From: Candidatus Sungiibacteriota bacterium
GTDB taxonomy: Bacteria; Patescibacteriota; Minisyncoccia; Sungbacterales; HO2-52-23
Direction of reading: 5' to 3'
Assembly: GCA_016196115.1 (NCBI GenBank)
Contig: JACPYI010000027.1
Coordinates: forward strand, 1 to 53,673
DNA: 53,673 nt
Shown piece after piece: positions 29,784 through 38,387 of this stretch; position 1 is the stretch's first letter; every line of letters starts with the position of its first letter. A program made the translations under genes and the position numbers. The notes beneath the pieces were generated by a model that was given only the letters and a program-made list of their open reading frames with translations, had not been told where the DNA came from and searched no databases.

Positions 29784-29813
29784 TTGACGCAAGCCAAGAG
29801 AAAATCGCATAGT
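29784..29813 (+). promoter_or_regulatory. promoter candidate for comF
   Basis: TTGACG, 18 nt, CATAGT. Six nt separate the -10 box from ATG 29820. Confidence 0.3.
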
Positions 29814-29819
29814 AGAGGT

Positions 29820-30539
29820 ATGCGAAAAGTTTTCTTGCGGTGCAAATCGCGGCTACTTGATCTGCTGTTCCCGCCGCAATGCTGCGGGTGCGGGAAGATA
29901 GGAGCTGTTCTTTGCGCTTCGTGCGCGGATGCGCTCATGCGGATTCCGCCGCAGTGTTTTGTGTGCCATGCGTGGGTGCCGGGTACTGAATCCGTTCCTC
30001 CCGGACGGACCTGCAAGCAATGCCGTCCGCGCTCGGCGGTGTATGCTTTTCTTTCGCCGTTTTCGTATCAGCATAAAACCATGCGCGAGCTGGTGCACGG
30101 CCTCAAATATCGGCGCAACCGTGAGATCGCCTCTTTATTCGCGGACATACTTGCAGCGCATCTGGCGGCAATGCGCATCACGTTTCCCAAAGATACAGTA
30201 TTAATTCCCATCCCTTTGCACAAAGCCCGTGAGCGCGAGCGCGGGTTCAACCAGTCATTGTTGATTGCAAAGATTCTTGGAGAAAAACTTGGCATCGAAG
30301 TCAAACGCGATGTGTTGCAAAAAATAAAAAAGACCGCGCCGCAGATGTCGTTGCTGCGCGAAGAGCGGCTGAAAAATCTGGCAGGTACGTTTGCCATTCA
30401 AAATTCCCTGCCGGTGCGCGGAAAAATAATGGTGCTCGTGGATGACGTCAAAACAACGGGTGCGACTTTGGAAGAGGCGGCTCGCGTGCTCAAGCGATCC
30501 GGAGCAAAACAAACATGGGCGATGACAGTGGCGCATTGA
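29820..30539 (+). CDS. comF: ComF family protein (phosphoribosyltransferase-like, competence-associated)
   Basis: N-terminal CCGC...CxxC...CxxC zinc-finger-like Cys pairs and a C-terminal PRT motif VLVDDVKTTGATL. Start set to ATG 29820. Confidence 0.85.
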   Translation: MRKVFLRCKSRLLDLLFPPQCCGCGKIGAVLCASCADALMRIPPQCFVCHAWVPGTESVPPGRTCKQCRPRSAVYAFLSPFSYQHKTMRELVHGLKYRRNREIASLFADILAAHLAAMRITFPKDTVLIPIPLHKARERERGFNQSLLIAKILGEKLGIEVKRDVLQKIKKTAPQMSLLREERLKNLAGTFAIQNSLPVRGKIMVLVDDVKTTGATLEEAARVLKRSGAKQTWAMTVAH

Positions 30540-30568
30540 AAAACATTCCTCGGTGATGATCTTCTTGT

Positions 30569-30874
30569 TTAAGCGAATTTCGCTTTGTGCTCCAGACGCT
30601 CAACGCGAGTACCAAGGTTCTCAATGACTTCGTCTTGCGCAATGTCATTGCGTACCATCGGGTCAAGCGTCCTGCGCATGTATGCGACATCAGCGTGAGT
30701 GGCGTTGAGTTCTTCAAATATGTCCTTTTGAATCTCTTCTAATTTGTCCAAGCGCTGGTCAACAAAGTCCAAGCGCTGGTCAAGCCCGCGAAGCTCATCT
30801 TTGGTGGCCACTTGATCAAAGCCGTGTTTGATCATGATTGCCAGATCGTCAATCGTCGTTTCTTTTTTCTCCAT
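30569..30874 (-). CDS. small coiled-coil hypothetical protein
   Basis: 101 aa, heptad-like, with tandem DQRLDFV/DQRLDKL encoded by a 17-nt direct repeat (30746-30762 and 30767-30783, period 21). Last gene of the second ATPase operon. Confidence 0.5.
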   Translation of the reverse strand: MEKKETTIDDLAIMIKHGFDQVATKDELRGLDQRLDFVDQRLDKLEEIQKDIFEELNATHADVAYMRRTLDPMVRNDIAQDEVIENLGTRVERLEHKAKFA

Positions 30875-30916
30875 AACGGTAAGTATAAAACTTTCTATAC
30901 TGCTGTCAAATTATTA

Positions 30917-32668
30917 TCACTCGTTCGTCACGCGCATGATTTCCTCGATGGTGGTGACGTGCTGGACCGCTCGGATAAAGCCCTCTTCGAGCATGGTGAT
31001 CATGCCCTCGGCGCGGGCCTGTTTCTCGATCTCGTCCGAGGTTGCGTTTTTCATCATCAGCTCGCGGATCGTCTCGCTCATCGCGAGCACTTCGTGGATG
31101 CCGATTCGTCCCTTGTAGCCATCGGGTGTTTCCGAAGAGGGTTTGGGCCGTACCCACTCGATGTCGGCAATGGCCGTGCCCTTGGGAATCACTTTCTCAC
31201 GGATCAGCATTTCCGCGATATGGTCGAGGTCCATACTTTTTTTGAGTTCCGTGATCTCGGCCTTGGTGAGCTTGTAGGGTTCCGGCTCGCCTGCAAGGCG
31301 GCGCACCAGACGCTGGGAGATGATGGCGGTCACGGTGGATGCGATCAGGAACGGCTCGATCTTCATGTCGAACAGCCGCGGAAGGGCGCCGGCCGCGGAA
31401 TTGGTGTGCAGGGTCGAGAGCACGAGATGGCCCGTGAGCGCGGCATTGATGGCAAGAGCCGCGGTCTCGTTGTCGCGGATCTCTCCCACCATGATGATGT
31501 TCGGATCCTGGCGCAAAAGGGAGCGCAGGCCGGATGCGAATGAAAGCCCGATGTCCGGGCGCACCTGTGTCTGGTTGATGCGCGGCATGCGGTACTCGAT
31601 CGGGTCCTCCACGGTTGAAATATTGACTTGCGGACTGTTGAGCATCTCAAGCACCGTGTAGAGCGTGGTGGTCTTGCCGGATCCGGTGGGTCCGGTTGCC
31701 AAAATAATGCCGGTGGGCCGCCGGATCGCGTGTTCCACGCGCTCGAGATTACTGCCCCAAAAACCAAGCTCGTGAAGCGAGAATGTTTTGCTGTTCTCGG
31801 GCAGAAGCCGCATCACGATCTTTTCTCCGTCAAACACGGGCAGCACAGACACCCGAAACGAGATCCGGTATTCGTCATTCTCAATCTTAAACCGTCCGTC
31901 CTGCGGCAGCCGGTGTTCGTCGAGCTTGAGGTTTGCCATGACTTTGACGCGCGCGACAAGCCCTTGAGAAATCCGCTTGGGCAGGGTCATGGTATCATGG
32001 AGAATGCCGTCAATGCGATAGCGCACAATCACCTCTTTCTCTATGGGTTCGATGTGTATGTCAGATGCGTTCTGCAGGATTGCGTGGCGCAGCAGCGTGT
32101 CCACGATCCTGATGACGGGCAAATCCTCGGCAAGTTTTTTAAGATCTTCGGCCTCGCCTGCGTCCACGCCCTCTTCATGCGCGATCGCCATGGTCCCGGA
32201 ATCGTGTTTGATGAGTTCGCCAAACTCGGCCTCCAAACTTTTCTCATATTGGCGCAGTACATGCTGGATGGATTCTGCCGTAGTCAGGCGAGGCAGGATG
32301 CGCAAACCCTCTTTTTTTCTGATAAACTCAATGGTCTGTAAGTCGTCAGGATCAAGCATAGCAACCGCTAGATCTTTGCCGCGCTTCTGGAACGCAACGA
32401 TATTATTTTTTTTTGCGATGGGTTCGGGGATGACGTGCAGAATGCTCGGCTCAATGATTTCGTGCGTAAGATCCACAAAAGGAATCCCGAGGATATAGGC
32501 CTCAAGACGATGCAGCTGGTCTTCTTTGATACGGCCGCTGTTGAGGAGAATATCCCGCAGCGGTTTGCCCGCAACCGCGGCCTCCTGCTCGGTCTTGGCA
32601 ATATCCTCCGGGCTGACAAGCCCGGAGTCGGAGATAAATGCTTTGAGTTGTGATTCTTCTATGTGCAT
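30917..32668 (-). CDS. second GspE/PilB-family secretion ATPase
   Basis: 583 aa, N-terminal GspE-N/MshEN-like domain, Walker A GPTGSGKTT, conserved Asp/His boxes. Paralogous to pilB at 16857..18572. Confidence 0.9.
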   Translation of the reverse strand: MHIEESQLKAFISDSGLVSPEDIAKTEQEAAVAGKPLRDILLNSGRIKEDQLHRLEAYILGIPFVDLTHEIIEPSILHVIPEPIAKKNNIVAFQKRGKDLAVAMLDPDDLQTIEFIRKKEGLRILPRLTTAESIQHVLRQYEKSLEAEFGELIKHDSGTMAIAHEEGVDAGEAEDLKKLAEDLPVIRIVDTLLRHAILQNASDIHIEPIEKEVIVRYRIDGILHDTMTLPKRISQGLVARVKVMANLKLDEHRLPQDGRFKIENDEYRISFRVSVLPVFDGEKIVMRLLPENSKTFSLHELGFWGSNLERVEHAIRRPTGIILATGPTGSGKTTTLYTVLEMLNSPQVNISTVEDPIEYRMPRINQTQVRPDIGLSFASGLRSLLRQDPNIIMVGEIRDNETAALAINAALTGHLVLSTLHTNSAAGALPRLFDMKIEPFLIASTVTAIISQRLVRRLAGEPEPYKLTKAEITELKKSMDLDHIAEMLIREKVIPKGTAIADIEWVRPKPSSETPDGYKGRIGIHEVLAMSETIRELMMKNATSDEIEKQARAEGMITMLEEGFIRAVQHVTTIEEIMRVTNE

Positions 32669-32676
32669 TACTTATT

Positions 32677-33045
32677 TCATCTCAATGTCTGCTCTATTTT
32701 TTCGCCGATCTCTTCGAGCTGGTAGTTTGTCTTGACCAGAAACATGGTTGCGCCAAGACCGAGCGCGCGGTCAATGTCTGCGCTGTCTTCAAGATTGGTG
32801 AGCACGATCACGGGAATGGACGCGATTGCAGGATTGTGCTTCATCTCCTGCAGAAACGCGAAACCGTCTTTTTTGGGGAGGATAATGTCGAGCATGATAA
32901 GATCCGGTTTTTCCTCTTCTGCCGCGCGCAACCCGGCCTCTCCGTCATATGCGGAGTATGTGGTATAGCCGCGCTTACCCAACATCTCGGTGAGCGCTTT
33001 CTGAAGCGATGCGTCATCCTCAATGACTAAGATTTTTTTTGGCAT
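32677..33045 (-). CDS. stand-alone response regulator receiver protein
   Basis: KKILVIEDDASL...DLIMLDIILP...K is a REC domain only (122 aa). Confidence 0.85.
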   Translation of the reverse strand: MPKKILVIEDDASLQKALTEMLGKRGYTTYSAYDGEAGLRAAEEEKPDLIMLDIILPKKDGFAFLQEMKHNPAIASIPVIVLTNLEDSADIDRALGLGATMFLVKTNYQLEEIGEKIEQTLR

Positions 33046-34237
33046 AATTTTGTTTATACAAATTTTGTACAGTCACAAAAGTTCTTGTAGTATATGCGTC
33101 AACCCGCTCTTCTGTATCAGTAATTTCTTTGAGGAACTCAAAATCGACTTTCGAGAAAAGATTTGCCGGCATTGCAAGCAATCTTTTTTTTGCGACTTTT
33201 ATCGCGTGTTCCGATTTATCAATACCGATCCAGTTGCGATTTAATTCTTGCGCTGCGGCAAGTGTGGTTCCCGATCCGCAGAAACAGTCAAGAACCAGAT
33301 CATCCTCATTTGAGGAAGCGCCAACAATAAACTTCAATAGATTAATGTTTTTTTCGGTTGGGTAGCTGGGATACTGCGGATCTTTAAACTCCCAAATATC
33401 CTGCATCTTTTTGCCGTCTCTTTCGTCGATAAAAATCTTTTTTCTCGGCACACCGCTCACCGACCATTCAATAAGTCCTTGCTCGTCCAACTTTTCCAAG
33501 ATAGCCGGATCACTCCGCCAGTGCCTTCCTTTCGGTGGTTTCACTCCGTGCCACTCTCTGCCGGTATTGCCGTTTGCGGTTTCTCCGGGCGCATGGAGAG
33601 GAATCGTCGTGTACTTCCGACCATTCTTGTCCGTCTTCTTAAATAGTCGTTCCGCATCCTCTTCGGAAAAAGGAATTTTCGGATCGTTCCAAACCGCATT
33701 CTCGGATTTTGAATAAAAAAGTATCATATCCTTTGTGTTGCCATACGCTTTCCGTTGAAAGTTTTTCGGATTGCATTTAATGCGCGTAATATCATTTTTG
33801 AAATTTTTAATCCCAAAAACTTCGTCCATGATGAGCTTTACATAATGTCCAATTTTATAATCAATATGCAAGTAAATTGATCCCTGGTCTGACATCAGTT
33901 GGCGCAATAGGATCAATCTTTCCCGCAGAAATTCTAAAAAACTGTCTCCAAGCAAGGTATCGCTATAGGCAATTTGATCGTTCTCGCTATTACTGATCGT
34001 ATTGGCTCGATCTTTACCTATTTTAAAATGTCCGTTCGTCGCAAACGGCGGATCAATATAAATGAGATCAATTTTTCCAGCAAGGTTGTAATCGCTGATA
34101 AGCGATTTAAGTATCGGAAGATTATCACCATGAATAAGTTTATTTTTTAGCGCTTTTCCTGAAACAGTACGCAATCTTGCTTTTGTGGTAGCAAGAATTT
34201 CGCTCTCCGGTTTCTTATTTTGATATTGCAGCAACAT
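33020..34237 (-). CDS. DNA methyltransferase, beta-class (motif IV DPPF before motif I FCGSGTT)
   Basis: IYIDPPFATNG and DCFCGSGTT in that order. The block is low in GC. ATG 34237 lies 8 nt after the upstream stop. The 3' end overlaps the receiver gene start by 26 nt. Confidence 0.85.
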   Translation of the reverse strand: MLLQYQNKKPESEILATTKARLRTVSGKALKNKLIHGDNLPILKSLISDYNLAGKIDLIYIDPPFATNGHFKIGKDRANTISNSENDQIAYSDTLLGDSFLEFLRERLILLRQLMSDQGSIYLHIDYKIGHYVKLIMDEVFGIKNFKNDITRIKCNPKNFQRKAYGNTKDMILFYSKSENAVWNDPKIPFSEEDAERLFKKTDKNGRKYTTIPLHAPGETANGNTGREWHGVKPPKGRHWRSDPAILEKLDEQGLIEWSVSGVPRKKIFIDERDGKKMQDIWEFKDPQYPSYPTEKNINLLKFIVGASSNEDDLVLDCFCGSGTTLAAAQELNRNWIGIDKSEHAIKVAKKRLLAMPANLFSKVDFEFLKEITDTEERVDAYTTRTFVTVQNLYKQNYAKKNLSH

Positions 34238-34244
34238 ATTATAC

Positions 34245-34826
34245 TTAAATTTGATAGAGAAACTCACGGAAAACAAGGCCGCTCATGATATTTTCATTTT
34301 TTAGTTTTGTAGTAATGTCTCTATACATTTTACCCTCATTTTTAATATAAAGGACTCCGTCGAGGACGGCAACTTTTATCGCTTTAACATTTTTTGTTTT
34401 AATGGTAGTGATCGCATCATTAAATTGTGCGTTTTGGTGTCCACCGAAATCGGTTAAAAACTTTGCTTCGCCGATAACATATTTGCCGTTAAAACGACCG
34501 ATAAAATCGAGCCCTTTGTTGTGCTTATAATTAAGATGTTCTCGTGCAAATGCCATCATTTCTGAATCGCCGCCACCAAGAATCGCGTTTTCTCTCGTTG
34601 ATAAAAATTTTTCTATCTTCACTGGTTGTATTCCCAAGGATTTTTTGTTGAGCCATCGGCGAAATAAAGGGCCGATTTGCCGGTTTGTTTCTTTATCTCG
34701 CCAAAGATCATTATCAATAGTTCTAATTCCATCTGGGATAGTCGGATAAACTTGAAAAAGATCATCCAAGTAGCTTCTCTGGTTTGCGTATTCGATACTT
34801 AAGCTTATCCAACGGTTCATACCCAA
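34245..34826 (-). CDS. putative type II restriction endonuclease (PD-(D/E)xK-like)
   Basis: 193 aa. GLDFIGRFNGKYVIGEAKF gives D-x12-E-A-K. It lies immediately upstream of the methyltransferase in the same low-GC block. Family not identified. Confidence 0.5.
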   Translation of the reverse strand: MGMNRWISLSIEYANQRSYLDDLFQVYPTIPDGIRTIDNDLWRDKETNRQIGPLFRRWLNKKSLGIQPVKIEKFLSTRENAILGGGDSEMMAFAREHLNYKHNKGLDFIGRFNGKYVIGEAKFLTDFGGHQNAQFNDAITTIKTKNVKAIKVAVLDGVLYIKNEGKMYRDITTKLKNENIMSGLVFREFLYQI

Positions 34827-34828
34827 AA

Positions 34829-35248
34829 TTACATATAACGCTTTTTCAACACCTTGGTGATGCGCTCAATAATCTCATCAAGCACGAAATGCGCCTTGAT
34901 CAGATAGTCGTCCGCCCCCAGCTGCTGGACGCGCTCGATCATCTGCTTCTCCCCGACATTGGAGAGCACGATTACGGGTATGTCTTTGGTGCGCGTATCC
35001 CGCCGTACCGATTCCAGTACCTGGAATCCGTCAACGCCGGGCATCATTAAATCAAGAAGTATCAGGATGGGCCGGTTACTTTTAAGAAAATCAAGCGCCT
35101 GCCGGCCATCAGTCGCCTCAAAAAGTTCAAAACCCTCGTGCCGCAGCTTGCCTGAAAGCAGCGTTCGCAAAAACGAATCATCCTCAACCACGAGAATAAT
35201 GCCTCGCTTCTGATCCGATACTGGTGTTTGTGCAGCGATGTCTGGCAT
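34829..35248 (-). CDS. response regulator receiver protein
   Basis: GIILVVEDDSFL...ILILLDLMMPGVDG...K is a REC domain. Start set to ATG 35248, 5 nt after the kinase stop. Confidence 0.85.
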   Translation of the reverse strand: MPDIAAQTPVSDQKRGIILVVEDDSFLRTLLSGKLRHEGFELFEATDGRQALDFLKSNRPILILLDLMMPGVDGFQVLESVRRDTRTKDIPVIVLSNVGEKQMIERVQQLGADDYLIKAHFVLDEIIERITKVLKKRYM

Positions 35249-35252
35249 GCCT

Positions 35253-36197
35253 CTAGTATACACTACCTTCCTGATGTATGGGAAGAGTAAAAGAAAACCG
35301 GGATCCTTTTCCTTCCTCCGATGTAAAGCCGATGCTTCCGCCCAGTCGCTCAATGACCGCGCGCGCGATATATAAACCCGTGCCCACGCCTTCTGTCTGC
35401 ATCCGGGATGCGCCTGCCGTGCGAAAAAACTTTTCAAAAATATGGGGCTGGTCTTGTTTGGGAATGCCGATTCCCGAGTCCTCGACTGAAAATGTTACGT
35501 AGGTTCCTGTCTTTTCGATGCCTATGACGATTGACTTTCCGGCTTCGGAATAACGGATCGCGTTGTCGATCATCCGCTGCAAAATCGCGGTTACGCGTTT
35601 GGCATCTCCGAAGACATAGGGCAGATTGTCCGCAATGATCAGATGGGCGGTGATGTGTGCCGCGCGCAGCAATAGATCAAACTGTTTGAGCGCGGCTGCG
35701 GCAAGTTTGCCGGGCGCAATGGGTTCGGGATGCAGCACTAGGGTTCCGGCATCAATCCGGTTGATTTCAATGAGCGAGTCCACGAGCCGCACCATGTTCT
35801 CGGTCGCGATTGCGAGCGTAGTCATGAAATTTTCAAGCTCCTGCGGCGAATAGCCGCGGTGATCGTTCTTCCCCGCCTCCAGAGTCCACTTGAGCACCGA
35901 AAGCGGAGCACGAAGCTGGTGTGAGGCAAGCGAGATGAATTGTGATTTTATCCGGTGGCTGTCAACAAGCCGGTTAAACCCGCTCACAATGAATGTGCCG
36001 ATGATGAGCGAGATCACCGTAATGAAAATCACCGCAAGGGCCGCAATCTCCGGCTCCTGCGTGTAGCGCTGCGCCAGCGCGTAGGTGGCCAGCATGGAGA
36101 GGATAATAAAAGCCCCCATCACCATAAAAAGAATCGGCGGGCATTGCCACGGTTTTAACTGGAGCATGCTGCATTCGGCCAAAAAAGTTGTTTTCAT
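35253..36197 (-). CDS. sensor histidine kinase
   Basis: TM helices, H-box SLASHQLRAPL, N-box DNAIRYS, G-boxes VEDSGIGIP and GTGLYI. ATG 36197 preferred over TTG 36296. Confidence 0.85.
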   Translation of the reverse strand: MKTTFLAECSMLQLKPWQCPPILFMVMGAFIILSMLATYALAQRYTQEPEIAALAVIFITVISLIIGTFIVSGFNRLVDSHRIKSQFISLASHQLRAPLSVLKWTLEAGKNDHRGYSPQELENFMTTLAIATENMVRLVDSLIEINRIDAGTLVLHPEPIAPGKLAAAALKQFDLLLRAAHITAHLIIADNLPYVFGDAKRVTAILQRMIDNAIRYSEAGKSIVIGIEKTGTYVTFSVEDSGIGIPKQDQPHIFEKFFRTAGASRMQTEGVGTGLYIARAVIERLGGSIGFTSEEGKGSRFSFTLPIHQEGSVY

Positions 36198-36292
36198 GAG
36201 TTGCGGCTGAATGTTTCCACTATACCACGAACAAGCGTCCTGTGGAAAAGTCGAAAAAATACAGCATCGAAGATGGGTTTCGTCAATGCGTG

Positions 36293-36424
36293 TCAATCGT
36301 TCATGATCTCTTGCTCCTCGCTCGTATCATAGCGCAGATAGCCCACCACTTGCCGTACATGAGTTGAGTTCTTCTGTTCAACGAAACAATTGTCATTCTT
36401 CTTGTAGGGACGTGAGCGGGACAT
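36293..36424 (-). mobile_element. remnant of an rve (DDE integrase-type) transposase C-terminus
   Basis: The 43-codon ORF MSRSRPYKKNDNCFVEQKNSTHVRQVVGYLRYDTSEEQEIMND matches the ...RPYxxNDNxxVEQKN...VR... block around the catalytic Glu of integrase-core transposases. No upstream part or inverted repeats were seen. Confidence 0.5.
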
Positions 36425-36488
36425 TTCCATATATATCATTCATACAAGGGGGCTATGGTGTCATTTTAGGTGATTGATTGCGCTGGTC

Positions 36489-36517
36489 TTGACACGCTTC
36501 TCCAAAAGGATTATCTT
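36489..36517 (+). promoter_or_regulatory. sigma70-like promoter candidate for nusA
   Basis: TTGACA (36489-36494), 17 nt, TATCTT (36512-36517). Confidence 0.45.
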
Positions 36518-36544
36518 TTCAATATCAGTCTGATTGAACTTTGC

Positions 36545-36569
36545 TGGAGCTCGTGAGAAACGGGCTCCA
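36545..36569 (+). promoter_or_regulatory. terminator-like hairpin in the nusA leader
   Basis: TGGAGCTCG-TGAGAAA-CGGGCTCCA (9 bp including one G-U pair) followed by TTTCAATAAA. It lies between the promoter candidate and ATG 36594. Confidence 0.4.
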
Positions 36570-36593
36570 TTTCAATAAATAACCTTTATTTTT

Positions 36594-37880
36594 ATGGACT
36601 TAAAATCATTTACGCAGGCGATACAGCAGATCGCGGACGAGAAAGGAATCTCGCGGGAGAAGATTATCGAGACCATCGAGATGGCTTTGGCGTCCGCGTA
36701 TAAGCGTGATTATGGGAAGCGCGGGCAGATCGTACGGGCCACGCTGGAGCCGGACACCGGCAAGGTGATGTTTCGGCAGATCAAGATCGCGGTGGACGAG
36801 ACTATGATCAAGTCCGAGGAGGAGTTGGCGGCGGAGGAAGAGGAGAGAGTCGCCCAAATGGGGGCGATCGGGCCCAATGACGATATTGATACCGGCATTG
36901 GGCGTCGTTCCCGTGCCGACATTGACGATGAGGGAGGCGAAGAAACCGGCGAGAAAAAAGTCCGCTTCAATCCGGAGCGGCATATTATGATTGGAGAGGC
37001 GCGGGACATAAACCCCGACATTGTGTCGGGGGAGGAACTGACTTTTGCCCTGCCGGATCAGGAGGACTACGGCAGGATCGCGGCACAAACCGCAAAGCAG
37101 GTCATTATCCAGCGGATCCGCGAGGCGGAGCGGGAGGCGGTATATGAGGAATATAAGGACAAAGAAGGCGAGCTGGTCAGCGGATTGGTGCAGCGCATTG
37201 AAGGCGGCAGCGTATTTGTCGATATCGGACGGACGGTCGGCGTGCTTCCGCCGGAGGAGCAGATTCCCGGAGAGCGGTACCACATCGGACAGCGGGTAAA
37301 AGTGCTGCTGACGCTTGTGGAAAAAAACCAGCGGGGTTCGGGCGTGTTTTTGTCGCGCACACATCCGCGGCTCTTGCGCAAACTGTTCGAGATTGAGGTG
37401 CCGGAGATCGCATCCGGCGCGGTGGAAATAAAATCCGTGGCGCGCGAGCCCGGTTCGCGTTCGAAAGTTGCGGTGGTTTCGCACGAGAGCGGCGTTGATC
37501 CGGTCGGATCCATGGTTGGGCAGAAAGGCGTGCGCGTGTCCACGGTGATCCAGGAACTGGGCGGCGAGAAAATAGACGTGATCGCATGGGTCGAGGATTC
37601 GATCAAATTCATCGCCAACGCGCTTTCTCCGGCCAAAGTGCTGGACGTGATCGCACGCGAGGAGCGCAAAGAAGCCCAGGCCATCGTGCCCGAAGACCAG
37701 CTCTCGCTCGCAATCGGCAAAGCCGGCCAAAATGTGCGCCTTGCGGCCAAGCTCACCGGCTGGCGCATTGATGTGCGGTCGGATAAGAGCGTGGTGGCGC
37801 TCGCCGAGGAGGAGTCGGATGCGGGTGAAGAAGTCGTAGCCGCAGATGATGGTGTCGAGGCAGAGTCGGCTGTAGAATAG
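36594..37880 (+). CDS. nusA: transcription termination/antitermination factor NusA
   Basis: 428 aa with NTD, S1 and two KH domains (e.g. RIAAQTAKQVIIQRIREAERE, LFEIEVPEI, GSRSKVAV). It also has an acidic insertion of about 50 aa and an acidic tail. Confidence 0.95.
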   Translation: MDLKSFTQAIQQIADEKGISREKIIETIEMALASAYKRDYGKRGQIVRATLEPDTGKVMFRQIKIAVDETMIKSEEELAAEEEERVAQMGAIGPNDDIDTGIGRRSRADIDDEGGEETGEKKVRFNPERHIMIGEARDINPDIVSGEELTFALPDQEDYGRIAAQTAKQVIIQRIREAEREAVYEEYKDKEGELVSGLVQRIEGGSVFVDIGRTVGVLPPEEQIPGERYHIGQRVKVLLTLVEKNQRGSGVFLSRTHPRLLRKLFEIEVPEIASGAVEIKSVAREPGSRSKVAVVSHESGVDPVGSMVGQKGVRVSTVIQELGGEKIDVIAWVEDSIKFIANALSPAKVLDVIAREERKEAQAIVPEDQLSLAIGKAGQNVRLAAKLTGWRIDVRSDKSVVALAEEESDAGEEVVAADDGVEAESAVE

Positions 37881-37891
37881 GGTGCTGATAT

Positions 37892-38050
37892 ATGGAAAGC
37901 CAAAAAGAGAAAATAAGTTTTAGCCAATTGCTCGTTGCCCTAGTAATCTTGGGTGGTATTTATTGGAGTGTGGTTGGAGTCGTTAGATTATGGGGAAGTT
38001 TTTTTGGGAAAGGGAAGGGATGGTTAAATATGATGATTGTCGGCAAGTGA
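37892..38050 (+). CDS. possible small hydrophobic protein (52 aa)
   Basis: MESQKEKISFSQLLVALVILGGIYWSVVGVVRLWGSFFGKGKGWLNMMIVGK has one predicted TM helix. It lies in the AT-rich islet after nusA and is below the ORF-track cutoff. Confidence 0.3.
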   Translation: MESQKEKISFSQLLVALVILGGIYWSVVGVVRLWGSFFGKGKGWLNMMIVGK

Positions 38051-38295
38051 TAACGCTTGCTCCCGATACTTGGCAGAGATATTTCCATACTTTTACCTGC
38101 TCCTATCTGAAAACCAAAAGTGGAAAAATAATGCGCGGCGAATGCGTACGTATTGAAAACGACAAGTCCTTGCTTTCGAGTAGCCATACTTGCGCGACGG
38201 CTTATGTTTATGAAAAAAAGCAGGAAGGAAGTTGTACAGACCCCGCGCACCCTTATCTAACATATGATGATATGTGTTCGACAGTCCCGCAATAA
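38020..38295 (+). CDS. possible Cys-rich small protein
   Basis: Internal ATG of ORF 37990..38295 (MVKYDDCRQ...), with 6 Cys. A long ORF in AT-rich DNA is less likely to be spurious. The strand choice is uncertain because antisense ORFs overlap. Confidence 0.3.
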   Translation: MVKYDDCRQVITLAPDTWQRYFHTFTCSYLKTKSGKIMRGECVRIENDKSLLSSSHTCATAYVYEKKQEGSCTDPAHPYLTYDDMCSTVPQ

Positions 38296-38353
38296 TAAGT
38301 CTGGAAATCACAAATTGTGACCTTGAAGAGAGAACAGAACATGTACGCTTTAC

Positions 38354-38382
38354 TTGTAGTCTCCACTCTTTTGTGGTATAAG
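38354..38382 (+). promoter_or_regulatory. promoter candidate for the small-ORF/rusA pair
   Basis: TTGTAG, 17 nt, TATAAG, with TG one base upstream of the -10 box. The -10 box ends 5 nt before ATG 38388. The palindrome tcacaa-a-ttgtga lies about 50 nt upstream. Confidence 0.3.
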
Positions 38383-38387
38383 AAAAT

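Noticed and set aside
34829-35437. The long N-terminal extensions of the regulator ORF (to 35437) and the kinase ORF (to 36296)
   Set aside because: The extensions overlap the upstream genes or the transposase remnant and lack domain content. Internal ATGs at 35248 and 36197 give tidy spacing and full domains.
36606-37730. 374-aa minus-strand ORF, plus 37067..37927
   Set aside because: They are antisense to nusA and have low-complexity Arg/Leu/Pro composition.
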